This document shows positions 27,401 to 38,369 of a stretch of 64,000 nucleotides of DNA, in pieces. Origin of the DNA: Bugula neritina. Taxonomy: Eukaryota > Animalia > Bryozoa. Each line of letters opens with the position of its first letter. Within the stretch, counting starts at the first letter, position 1. The notes under the pieces were generated by a model. The model ran no database searches. It was not told the origin of the DNA and saw only the letters and a program-made list of their open reading frames with translations. The translations under genes were made by a program, and so were the position numbers. The DNA lies in contig OZ037767.1 of assembly GCA_964035545.1 (NCBI GenBank), positions 817,680-881,679 on the forward strand, read 5' to 3'.

Positions 27401-30400
27401 ACTAATAGTAATAAGTATAATATGTTGCAGACGACCAACTGGGTCTACTACAACACAAGTGAACAAATGGATGAGCTGGTCTCGGCTCTCAACGCCAGGG
27501 GACACCGAGAGTCCACCCTCAAAGTGAAGGTTCTCTCCAGGAAACGCAGGCTACAGCAACTCTCTGAGCAGCAGCCAGGTCAGTCTGTTTGTCTCCTCAC
27601 ATCTGATTGGCTCTGACTGGGCCTATCAGTGTTGTTGTAGTGCTTTATCTCTATTCTAGTCTACTATGCTTGCATCATACATACGTCTCTTTAGATGGCA
27701 ACAAGTATCTGCTAATATTTATCATGTTACAGGTAAGATGTGATAAGAAGTTATGTCCTCTTGTGGGCAGACAACTGTTCATACTCTATAGCTTGTGGTA
27801 GCATGTAGTCCAAACTAGGCCATAGTAAATCATTACCCTTGATAACCTACAGTATAATATACTGTGTAATATACTATATAATATACTGTAGAATATACTG
27901 TGTAATATACTGTATAATATATTATTATTATATAATATACTGTAGAATATACTGTGTAATATACTGTAGACTATACTGTATAATATCTACTGTATAATAT
28001 ACTGTAGAATACTGCTAAAGTAGAGCTCATTGCAAGTGTTATTTGTCTCTAGAGTTTGTGCTGGGTGAACATTCCATACACGAAATGGACCAACCAGTGG
28101 CGGCCACACACCAGAACATAAAGTCAAGGTCAAGGATAGCCAAGGGTCTCGTACAGAACACTTCGGCTCAGGAGTCCCTGGAGCTGAACCTGAGGGAGAT
28201 GCTCCTGGACCTGGAGGAGAGGGTGTTTGTTGGGGCCCTCGGTAGTCTGAAGGTATGTCTGTGTAAGTTAGTTGGAGGTAAGTCTGTGTAAGTTAGTTGG
28301 AGGTAAGTCTGTGTAAGTTAGTTGGAGGTAAGTCTGTGTAAGTTAGTTGGAGGTACGTCTGTGTAAGTTAGTTGTAACACCTTCAACTCTCTCATTCAGG
28401 TGGGTAACAGGGCTCAGTGGAGAGAAGCCCTGGAGAGTGGAGGGTACTCCCCCCAGGACAAGCAGCTGTCTATCCTCACCCTCCAGGACATAGATCCTAA
28501 CGACGGTGACTCGCTGGTGGTGAGGGATCTGCTGCGGGCCCTCCTTCAGATCCAGAGGGCCATCGAACCAAAGTTCCTGTGTAAGCCTCTCGGTGGGTGT
28601 TCTTACCTCTCTCTATGCAGCAATAGTGGTGGTAGTAGTAGTAGTGTTGAGTTATATTGTCTAAAACTCAAACAGGTTCTGCTGAAACTGATAAAAAGAA
28701 ACCTGGGCCAAAGAAATCCAAAAAGGAGGAAGTAGCTGAGGCTAAAGATGAGAGTGCGGGGGCGGAAGAAGGGTCACAGACTTCTATTCTCGACCGGTGG
28801 ACAGATTCTCTACTAAACGCGACGAGTCTGTCTCAGATATTCCTGCACATGTGCACTCTAGAGTCGAGTATCGTCTGGTCCAAGTCGGCTCTCAACGCCA
28901 GATGTCGCTTGTGTAGAAGGAAGGGAGACGGAGAGAAGATGTTGCTCTGTGACATGTGTGACAGGGGGCACCATATGTACTGCCTCAAACCACCTGTCAA
29001 GGTATGTCAACCACCTGCTAGCTACCTCTCACCATATCTGTAATATAGGTTTGATGTCAGCTACACTTCAACGTGAAAATCTTCTTCAATCAAACATTTT
29101 CTAAGTGCAGTTTATTATGGACCTGTATCTCATGCCAACTAATACAATCATTTACCTGCATATTTACCTGCATAAGGTATGTTCAAATCATTAACTCAGT
29201 CAGTACTGTAGCCGGCTGTCACCTACTCGCAAGTACCTGCTCGCAAGTACCTGCTAGCACACTGGCTGGAGTTGTCAGCTGTCAATCTCAACACATCCAA
29301 TTATCTCACCTCCGATTTTCAACTTGTAATGAGAAATAAATTGCTGTTTTCCTAACAGTTAATATTTTGGGTTTGTCTGGGAGTGTATGATGTGTGATGG
29401 GCCATCCATTAGATGTTAATTAGACTGAGTTAATTGGTAATGAGGTAGGTTGTTAGTTTACATATTTGTCTGGCGTGACAGTCACTGCGTGGCCAGCTGG
29501 CTCTTCAACCCCTTCCACTGGTCACATGACCCTCCTTTACGTACACCAATACCAATTAATTCAGAATGATAATTATTATTTAAAAGGACGACAAGTTTAT
29601 GTACCTGTTAAGTTGTTCACATTTTGAATAAAAGGAGAACATTAGCATATTAATTATTTAATGTGTTATTTGTGTACAATAGTAGCTGGCAAATGTTTCG
29701 TGTTTACACCTTACTGGCTGTTACACTCTGGTACCCTCTTGGCTATGTACATATACCATACACTCTCTACTATGTAGATATATACTATATACTCTCTATT
29801 ACATAGATATACTCTCTATTATACTATATACTCTCTACTATATACTATACAGTATACTCTGTTACACAGTAAAGTGTCTAAATATAGTGACAGCCTGTGG
29901 GTGGGGAAGGTTGAACTTTCTCAATAACCTTGCAAATATCAGTGCAAGATGATCCCCTCAGGCAGCGTCTGCTGACAATGGCAGCGTGTCTGCTGTGTTT
30001 CTGCTGCCTATATGTATTTTCTGTGTGTATTGTGAAATGTCAAGGTCATAGACTGTGGTTGCAGGATGTACCGCGGGGCGACTGGTACTGCCCGGAGTGC
30101 CGACCCAAGCAGGTGAGATCCCGCAAAGCGTCTCGCAGGAAGTCATTCTACGAAGAGGAAGAGAGCAATGAGGAGGGAGATGAAGAGACGCAAGCTGATG
30201 ACAGGTGAGCCAATCCTGTCAGCTTTTACATTCATTTGACCAATCACAGCAAAGCTTGGTTAAACCATAATGCTACCAGAGTCCTGGCTGAGCCAATAAT
30301 AGTCTCTGTTAGGTTGAGCCAAACAAACCGCAGCATGTAACATTGTGGTGTGTCTGTACTGGCTGAGCTAACAGTTGGCATATTCTACTATCTGGTGCCA

Positions 30401-32162
30401 TGTTGTTTCATCTGTGATGGGCAGATAGCCAATTATCTCATCTCTTTCATGTAGCCAGCCAATCACATGTCCTGTTTTGTAGTGTGTATGACGAGGAAAC
30501 TGCCAGCAGCTCCGAAGAAGAACCAAAACATCCAAAAATCAAGTTATTGCGAGCAGGTGACCTTTTTACTAACTTACCTCTAACTTACCTCTGACTTACC
30601 TCTAATTTACTCTACACTAAAGTAAGTCAGTATGTATTATTGTACATCATTGTTGACATTTAATCTCCACGTAGCCAATTAATTGTCAGATAATTATTCT
30701 ATTCTCAGATATTTGTTAATAATTAAAATTGATAAACCGGTAGCTGGCCTGGGAAGGGAGGAGAACTACTGCTTGATTGTCGGAATTAATTAGTCTGCAG
30801 GGTTTAATTAATTTCAGGGGTATTCACCTCTCTCTAAGTGTTGTACTCTTAATATAATGTTATAGTATAATATATTATAGTAATATTACTATAATACTCT
30901 CCCCTGTCAAGGTGGCTCAGGAAGGTCATCTCCCGTCTCTCTTTGCTCAGCAAAAGACAGCAAGTCTCGAAGGTCAAGGACAAACACGCCGGAGGTCGAC
31001 TCTTCCCGCTTCAGGAGGTCAGCTGCTCCGAGTCCAGAAGTGGTTCCAGCTAAGAAGACAAAGACCTCCACCAGACACTCTGAGGGTGAGTAGAGCTCAT
31101 TTCCTTCTAGTTTAGGTGTTGCCTTCCCTCTCTCCAGTCTCCATGTTATAGTCAGTCTACTTTACTCACCCGTCTGCTTTGTTATGTGTTTGTAGGGAGT
31201 AAGAGGCAGTCTAAAGGGTCTAGAGCAGCTTCCCCCAGTGAAGGTAAGTGTGTTTTACGTGTCAGTGTGTGTCATGTGTAAGTATATCCTGTGTAAGTAG
31301 GTCATGTATAAGTATGTCATGTATCTGAAGGGTCAAACAGAAGCAGCGTGGGGTCAGCTCGGGCGAATCTGTCAGAGGAAGTGGCTCAGCTCGCTCAGTG
31401 CGAGGAGATCGTCAGGGTGATGGTGGAGATGGACGACTGCTGGCCTTTCCTCGCGCCAGTCAGCAAACGTGAGGTAAGTGCGTACAGTGTATGTAAGTAC
31501 AATGTATGTATATCTAGTGTAAGTACGATGTAAGTGTACGTACAATGTAAGTATATCTAGTGTAAGTGTAAGTACAAGTACTCTGCCACAGGTACCTGAC
31601 TACTACACCATAATCAAGCAGCCAATGGACTGTCAGACTATCCTCAGTAAATACAAGACGGTGAAGTACACTCACGTCAGTCAGATGATTGCAGACGTCC
31701 GGCAGATGTTCACCAACTGCACCGTCTACAACGTCTCTAGTAGCAGTATCTATAAGATGGGTACGTACACTCTATACTCTATACCTCTACACTCTATACT
31801 CTACACTCTATACCTCTACGCTCTATACTCCACACTCTATACCTCTATACTCTATACCTCTATACCTCTATACTCTACACTCTATACTCTACACCTCTAT
31901 ACTCTACACTCTATACTCTATACTCTACACTCTATATTCTATACTCTATACCTCTATACTCTACACCTCTACCCTCTATACCTCTACACTCTATACCTCT
32001 ACACTCTATACCTCTATACTCTATACCTCTACACTCTACACTACCCTCTCATATTGACTTGGTGACTCTGTTTCAGGAGAAAGGCTGTCCCGGTTTTTTG
32101 AGAAGCAACTCAAAGCTCTGAGACTAGAAGGTAATTCATCGAAGAGGTCGAGAAGGACCTGA
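21427..32162 (+). CDS. BAZ1A: Bromodomain adjacent to zinc finger 1A / ACF1 chromatin-remodelling subunit (~1471 aa, 26 exons)
   Basis: Exons 21427-21536, 21961-22104, 22419-22550, 22641-22733, 23136-23328, 23422-23644, 23890-24059, 24285-24504, 24584-24844, 25085-25309, 25471-25678, 25782-26037, 26249-26401, 26491-26676, 26790-26930, 27431-27578, 28053-28252, 28400-28592, 28676-29001, 30065-30204, 30483-30556, 30912-31085, 31196-31243, 31331-31473, 31592-31760, 32077-32162 (4416 nt, in frame). N-terminal MPLLRRKKF and WAC domain (VWSCGVTGRPNLTYSEA), DDT, WHIM (PLGQDRWGRYYW), PHD (CRLC..CDMCDRGHHMYC..WYCPEC), bromodomain (WPF..VPDYYTIIKQPMD). An extra small exon in 27140-27430 cannot be excluded. 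Confidence 0.92.
22245..22400. repeat. 21-bp minisatellite ctgctggactgttactctgca
   Basis: About 7 copies just before acceptor 22418. Confidence 0.85.
22750..22950. repeat. 28-bp minisatellite tactgtctggtaacacgtgtattgtcac
   Basis: About 7 copies just after donor 22734. Confidence 0.88.
23689..23857. repeat. 21-bp minisatellite actgtattgtggtgtgatgtc x8
   Basis: Source of the VTVLWCD ORF repeat; intronic. Confidence 0.9.
24108..24280. repeat. 16-bp minisatellite cacctgtagagtatct, about 10 copies
   Basis: Ends immediately before the acceptor at 24284. Confidence 0.9.
26071..26250. repeat. 33-bp acceptor-spanning minisatellite, 6 acceptor copies
   Basis: gagtattatctgtag|aa...; AG at 26082, 26115, 26148, 26181, 26214, 26247. 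Confidence 0.93.
26931..27143. repeat. 20-bp minisatellite starting exactly at a donor, about 10.5 copies
   Basis: gtgactatcactcagtacta. Confidence 0.9.
28251..28374. repeat. 25-bp donor-spanning minisatellite x5
   Basis: ag|gta(t/a)gtctgtgtaagttagttgg. Confidence 0.92.
31765..32042. repeat. 7-8 bp degenerate repeat (ctatact/ctacact/ctatacct)
   Basis: Fills the last BAZ1A intron. Confidence 0.88.
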
Positions 32163-32936
32163 TTGAGAGAAGTCAATGGACAGGGGATATATTTATAGAG
32201 ATCAATGAGAAGTGTTTGAACTGTATGTATTGTAAATATGTATTGTTATATAGAACTCGCAATCAACTCGCGCTGCAACAGCGCCATCTATCAACCTATT
32301 TGGAGTTGTCCTTTCTCACCAACCATGTTTCCTAAGTGATGAGAATTTGTGTGTTACAGTGCTCTAGCTGACATACTATTGGTCGAATTTGTCATATTAA
32401 TCTCTACCAGTTTTGAGCATTGCCTGTGGCATCTCCTCCTAAATGTTGTTCGTAGTTTCACAGTGGGAACTTATTTCTAGGCAATTTAACCATTTTTATC
32501 TTGTAGGCTATACTTATTCTATTTTTCTTGTTAAATCTTACATTAATGTTTTTGTGCATGCCTGCTATTGTCACCATTCTGTTGTGTTCTGTATCACACA
32601 CACTGCCAGAGAATAAATGTATTTATGAAACACTGAATGTTCTTCTTACACTCAACATCTCCTCATTGAAACTAGTTAAGAAGTTTGTTGTGTTCTTGTA
32701 AGATCACACTGATTGGGAGTAAGTTGTAATTGTGACTTTATTGTACTGAAGCCAGCTATTAGCTGGCAGTTAAAATTGATGAAGTTTAAATAGTTTAAAT
32801 AATTAAAATAGTTGAATAAGATAGCAAACAACAGAGTATTAGCTCGTGTTCAATACATAGAGTAGCTTTTATTAACTCCAGTCATTGTTATTATGATTGA
32901 GTAACTACATGGTATGATCTGCTTGAACATAAATAA

Positions 32937-33065
32937 CACGTGACGACTGACTCAGTGCACCATACAGCTTGTTGATTGGCTGAACTATCAATTGCTAGTG
33001 TTTGATTAGTTCATTCTGAATCAGTAACTATAAAAGTTGCATGTGCCTAGCACATGTCACAGTTT
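32937..33065 (+). promoter_or_regulatory. Putative TATA-type promoter of the carbonic anhydrase gene
   Basis: E-box CACGTG (32937-32942), AP-1 TGACTCA (32948-32954), inverted CCAAT (~32975), TATAAAAG (33029-33036), Inr-like CAGTT ~30 nt downstream, ATG at 33125. Confidence 0.55.
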
Positions 33066-33124
33066 AGAGGCTAAATCTAGTGAATCCGTTCCTCGTGAAG
33101 ATAAACTCTGAGTATTTCCTTATA

Positions 33125-36100
33125 ATGGCAGCCAAGTTCGGGTACAGAGGCGATAGAGGTGAGTGGTGGTCTTATTTAGTATTCGTTATCTTTTTTTAAT
33201 TAAATTTATTTTTATATTTTGGCCTGAGCACCCTTTTAAATTAAATGTTGAGCTGATTTTTTTTATAATTAAATTTAATGTTTTACTTACAGTTACACAG
33301 AGGACAGCCCTGTAACTTAATGAATTAATAATAAACAGAATATTACAGTTTTACATAGTAAGAAAATAGATATGTTACAGGCTGTAAATTTAATGTGCGT
33401 TAGTTTGTTAATTATAGAAAGCTTTTCAACTACTCTAGTGTATAAATATAACACAACACAGGTGTTTGAGAGCACTTCACCTGTAGATTGTATCACATCA
33501 AAGGTTTAGAGAAAATCTATACTCATGTTCAGTAGTTTCAAGGTAAACAATTTGCCAGAGAATGCAACTAGAACCTTGGATTTCCATAGTGATGATTGCC
33601 CGAGCTACCAGACGTATCTAAACTATGCTCTAAAATAGCTCAAGTACCCAGTAACTAGCCTCAGTTCTCAAAAAATTCTTTTATTAGCCCAGAGGTTTTG
33701 TTACTATGTTTTTGGCTGTTTCACGGCACACATTAACTTTGTCTGATAAAAGCGGCACCTGTTTTTAAGTATTTGTTTTTAAATTGACTGAGTATTGATT
33801 TGGTTGTATGAAGTACTGCAAGTATATTATGATTGTCAAACTGTTGATAGTGATTCTAATAATAAACTTGTGTAAATATAAAGTGCTGTTGAGGACATCT
33901 GTAGATCATAGCATGATCTGTGGATAAAAGGAATTATGTAAGACAATATTAACATTATATAACAATATTTCAGTTGAGCTCTCCTTACCCCCTACTCCCT
34001 AGACACACTTTGTCGTAACGTAAAATATCCACCATTTTTACAAATGTCTAAGCGTTGCGGTGCGTTAGGATCAAGTGCGGCAAAGTGTGTCTAGGAGAGT
34101 TACTTTAGTCATTCCCTTTGGAGTTGACCGCTCCATAACCATTCTTGTGGCTTTCCAATCTATTGCAGAGGTTGAGCTAACTATGCAGTTTGTAATCATG
34201 CTGTTTATGTTTTATTAGAAATGCCTGTCACCAGTGACCAATTTATTCTTTTGCAATACTGATAAAGCATTCTTTTCTTACATAAAAAAGCCTGTGTTTT
34301 ATTTCAAATTAATCACTGCACATAGCCATGTGATAAGCTGTATGGGGAGATGCGGGAGGAATAGCTTGGCTTGTGTTTTTTTTACATATAAGCTACCTGT
34401 GCATTATTGCCTAACATACCTATTGCCATACATACCTGCTTAAAATGAAAAATATGTTAGCAATTGTTTTGGTAATACTGCACTGAATGCATGGCACCCA
34501 GATGATGTAATAGCGAGCGTATCACATCACGTGATCACGACACAATCTATTGCTAGCTGTGTTACTGATGGTGTCGCGAATGTCTCATACCATGTGATCA
34601 CGTGACAGTATTTGGTTTCGGTGTTTGCAGCTCCGGTCCACTGGGGAAGCATCTGTAGTGACTGGAGTGTAGCTGATAATGGAAAGAGACAGAGTCCAAT
34701 AGACATTCTCACCTCAAAGGCAGTTCAATCAGAGGAGCTGAACAGCCTCAAGTATAACTGGCATCATGACACTCAAATCAAACTGGCCAACACTGGTGAG
34801 TGACACCCCCTACTTATAGCGCACCCCCACGCATACCCCCTTACTTATAGTGCACCCCTACTCATACCCCCCCCCCTACTCATAGCCCCCCCCCCCCTTT
34901 ACTCGTAGCACCCCCTACCCACGAGGCTAGTCTTGGAGAATATGAGAGACCTGTAGAATGCAGCCACCTAAACCCAGCTATGATTGCCTACATCTACTTT
35001 GTTTACACAGTGCTACAGTTGCATAATATATGAGTAAATAGAATAGCCGTAAGCCTTCACAGCATTGAATTATTGATCTTTTCACTACCATCCAGTATTG
35101 AATTAACCCAGCTAAATGGAAGGTAATAGCAGTGTAATTATCCCCTTAAGTTCTCAATTTCTTGTATACTTTGCTGTATATTGCATAAGACGTGCTCCTG
35201 CAATGCTAAGCCTATTCATTTCTTCTGATGTTTATAAATATCATTAAAGGTGTGTGACATAATGTTATATAATATTCATAAGACCTGATTCAGTGACATC
35301 TGTAGGTTATGGCGCCTTAATTAAGTGCCAGTTGCATTCTTTATCATTAATGTAAACAGTAAAAATTCATATATGCCAAAAATTGATTTTAAACATAAGT
35401 GTTAGAAATTCATATTCAACTTCTAAAAATCTGACCCTAATTTTCGTTTCATTGAAGCAATATGTTGACCAATAACATCTTGAGTATGCTTCACTGCAGG
35501 GCACTCACCGACATGGACCGTAACTCCCGGGAGACACACCCTCACTGGAGGACCCCTCACTGACACCTACGAGATGGTGCAATTCCACATCCACTTCTCT
35601 CATGACCGCAAACACGGCTGTGAGCACACCATCAACGGCCAGTCCCACTCGGCTGAGGTACGTCTACCCTTTCTACATCTCTTCTAGGTTCAAGAACTCA
35701 AGCTAATATTGTGGCGCCCTAAACTGCATATTCTATACTTTTATTCTCAACGTAGTTTATCTAAAAAATAACTTCTATATAGCCAAGCTTTGTAAACTAC
35801 TTGTCTCTCTGGGAATTTTCTAGAAATACTTTTGCAACTAGTGGCAGCATATCAACTATTTATAGCTAGGATTTGGCAAACTCTACTTGTTTTTCTAAAA
35901 GAATCTCAGCAGTTGCTTATTTCTTTTTCTCAGATCCACTTTGTGCATTTTAAAAAAGAATACGGCAGCTTCGGTGAAGCTTTGAAACATTCGGACGGGT
36001 TGGCGGTGGTGGGAGCCTTCCTTGATGTGACCGAAGACGGAGATGAACACAAGCTATTGTCTGCTGATCTGATGCCGCTCTCTGAAGTCACCAACTGCAG

Positions 36101-37326
36101 TAAGTCTTGCAGCTCTAGAATGAGATAATAATTTAGAATATTACTTATATCAATATTGAATTAACTTTAGTAAGTAATTTCTGAATGACATACAATTGTT
36201 ATTAATTAAGTTTCGACTACCTGTTTTTCCTTCTTAATAAGGCAGTATGTAGCCTCATACATGCCAAGTCTTTATAAATTAGCATATATAGTATAAAGGG
36301 TGGGTTATATACCCCACCCTTCCTCACAAACTGTGCCAATAGCTGTCCAGTATGTCACTTACTAGCAACCCATCCAATTCACTGCCAAAATGTGTAAGAA
36401 AGGAAATGAGTGAATATAATTATTGTAAGGTTTCTTTGAATTAGCATAATACAGTGTATTGTACGACACTCCACGTCCTTATTGAGCCCCAGTAATACTA
36501 GCATATTAAATAACATCAACTGCACTGAGTTGACAAACACAAACATATTGTGTAATGCTTATCACAGCTAATAGCTTTTGAGTAATATACCAACTTTCTA
36601 AAACAGCTGCATGTGTAATAACAATGCAACCGTGTCCCAATAATAACATTTGTTTACTAATTGCTTACTACAAGCTGTGTACCCTTACAACACCATGTCA
36701 CATGAGTTACGCTGAGCTTTCCATTACTGTGACTCACTCTCCCCCAATCTTATCATACAACTCTCAGTCTATCAGTTATATGTATAATTTCAGAGAGCTC
36801 TACAGCAGTTGATGTGAACTTATCCGAGTACATGCTGCCTACAGACAAATTCTACACCTACCCGGGCTCCCTCACCACCCCCGGCTGTGCGGAGTGTGTA
36901 GTGTGGCTGGTAGTTGATGAACCTGTGCTAATCAGTGCTAAAGCTGTGAGTGGCTATTGTCATATATTTATATTATATATATTATATACATTTTAATTTT
37001 ATTCAAATTTAATTTCACGAAATTAGTGATGTAATAGATTTTATATTAAAGGAGTACATTAGGTGACGAGAGAATAAAAATTTAAAAAAAAAATTTAATG
37101 ATGCATTTTGTTTGAGGAAATATAATTATCTAGAGATCTGGTGTGTATGAGCAAGTCCTGTGGAATGTTATTGTGAAAGCGGTTTGTTTGGTTTTAGTAT
37201 GACAGGATGACATCCCTAGAGTCGATAGAGGGGGGGCTGTTGTCACGACCAGGGAACTACCGCCCCGTTCAACCCGTCCACGGTCGCACAGTCAAGTCCA
37301 GCTTCAACATGAACAAAATCCTCTAA
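33125..37326 (+). CDS. Alpha-carbonic anhydrase, cytosolic type (267 aa, 6 exons)
   Basis: Exons 33125-33158, 34631-34795, 35500-35657, 35934-36099, 36794-36945, 37198-37326 (804 nt). Motifs RQSPIDI, NTGHS (proton-shuttle His), QFHIH (two Zn ligands), EH, EIHFVH (third ligand), GSLTTP, NYRPVQP. No signal peptide. Confidence 0.93.
33994..34100. mobile_element. Small MITE-like element
   Basis: Terminal inverted repeat cctagacacactttgtcg (33998-34015) versus cggcaaagtgtgtctagg (34078-34095), 17/18 match, extending imperfectly outward. Flanks cta/tta. Confidence 0.55.
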
Positions 37327-38369
37327 GTCATTGCAGTGAAATACGACAATTAGCCAATCAGGCTGCTTCATACATTATCTTAGACCAACCAGTTTGCTCC
37401 ATACAAAGTGCTTAATAAATAAGATATATTTTATGAATGCCTTTATTAGTTTATTAGTTCCTCTACATTACTTGATATTCTACTCTCTCGTTGCTGAACT
37501 TTACACTCCAACATCCTGATGCATGTTGTGCTCCTCAGTATAGATAATATTATGTAATATAACAATAAGAATTCTCAGATATCAATGTTACATCTGTAAT
37601 ATCATACATCTGTAATATCTTATATCTTTAATCTCATATATCTGTAATACTGTATTACAGCTTCATCTGTAATATTGCATTATTTCAACAGAAAAATTCC
37701 CATATGCGTTATTATATAATATATTATTACATAACTTCTTATTACATAATGTATTACTATATTACATATCTAAGCTTTATAAACTTTATGTCCAATACAA
37801 TAAATTATATAAAATAAATCCTAATAGAAAGTATTGAACAACATTTACAATATTGTTTTCAGTATTCTTACTGAGACCATAACAAACAGCAGAAAATATA
37901 GCCTCAGATTCAATGACTTTTATCTGAAAAACTTGAATATACAGAACATGAAATAACAGAAAATCTCATAAAAATTACAACCTCTAGTAGAATGATTATA
38001 CACACAAGTTAAATAATATTCTAAAGCTTGAACAGAAGGACTCTTTAGTTATGGGCAAGCAAGTTAAATCATTTTGATTTTTGAATAAAGAAACTACTAT
38101 TAAAATATATCTAATATCAGTTTGTGGAATTAATTTTTAATAAATATATAATTCAGGTAACAACAACTTAAGTAGAGTTGACCATTAAAATATTGGGTAT
38201 GAGATAGTCTCAGTTTGTTTGTATGAACACAAATTAATGACACATATAAAATAATAGTTATTACATATCACTGTATTATATAGTTCATAATGTATTGTTT
38301 GGTAATTTCTACAATTGACTAGGTGGAGATTCAGTGTTGAATAAAATGAAGAGTTGTGTCACTATGAGA

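Noticed and set aside
32612-33125. BAZ1A-CA operon or trans-splicing because of the ~500-bp gap
   Set aside because: CA has its own TATA/CCAAT/AP-1 promoter-like elements and no clear outron acceptor.
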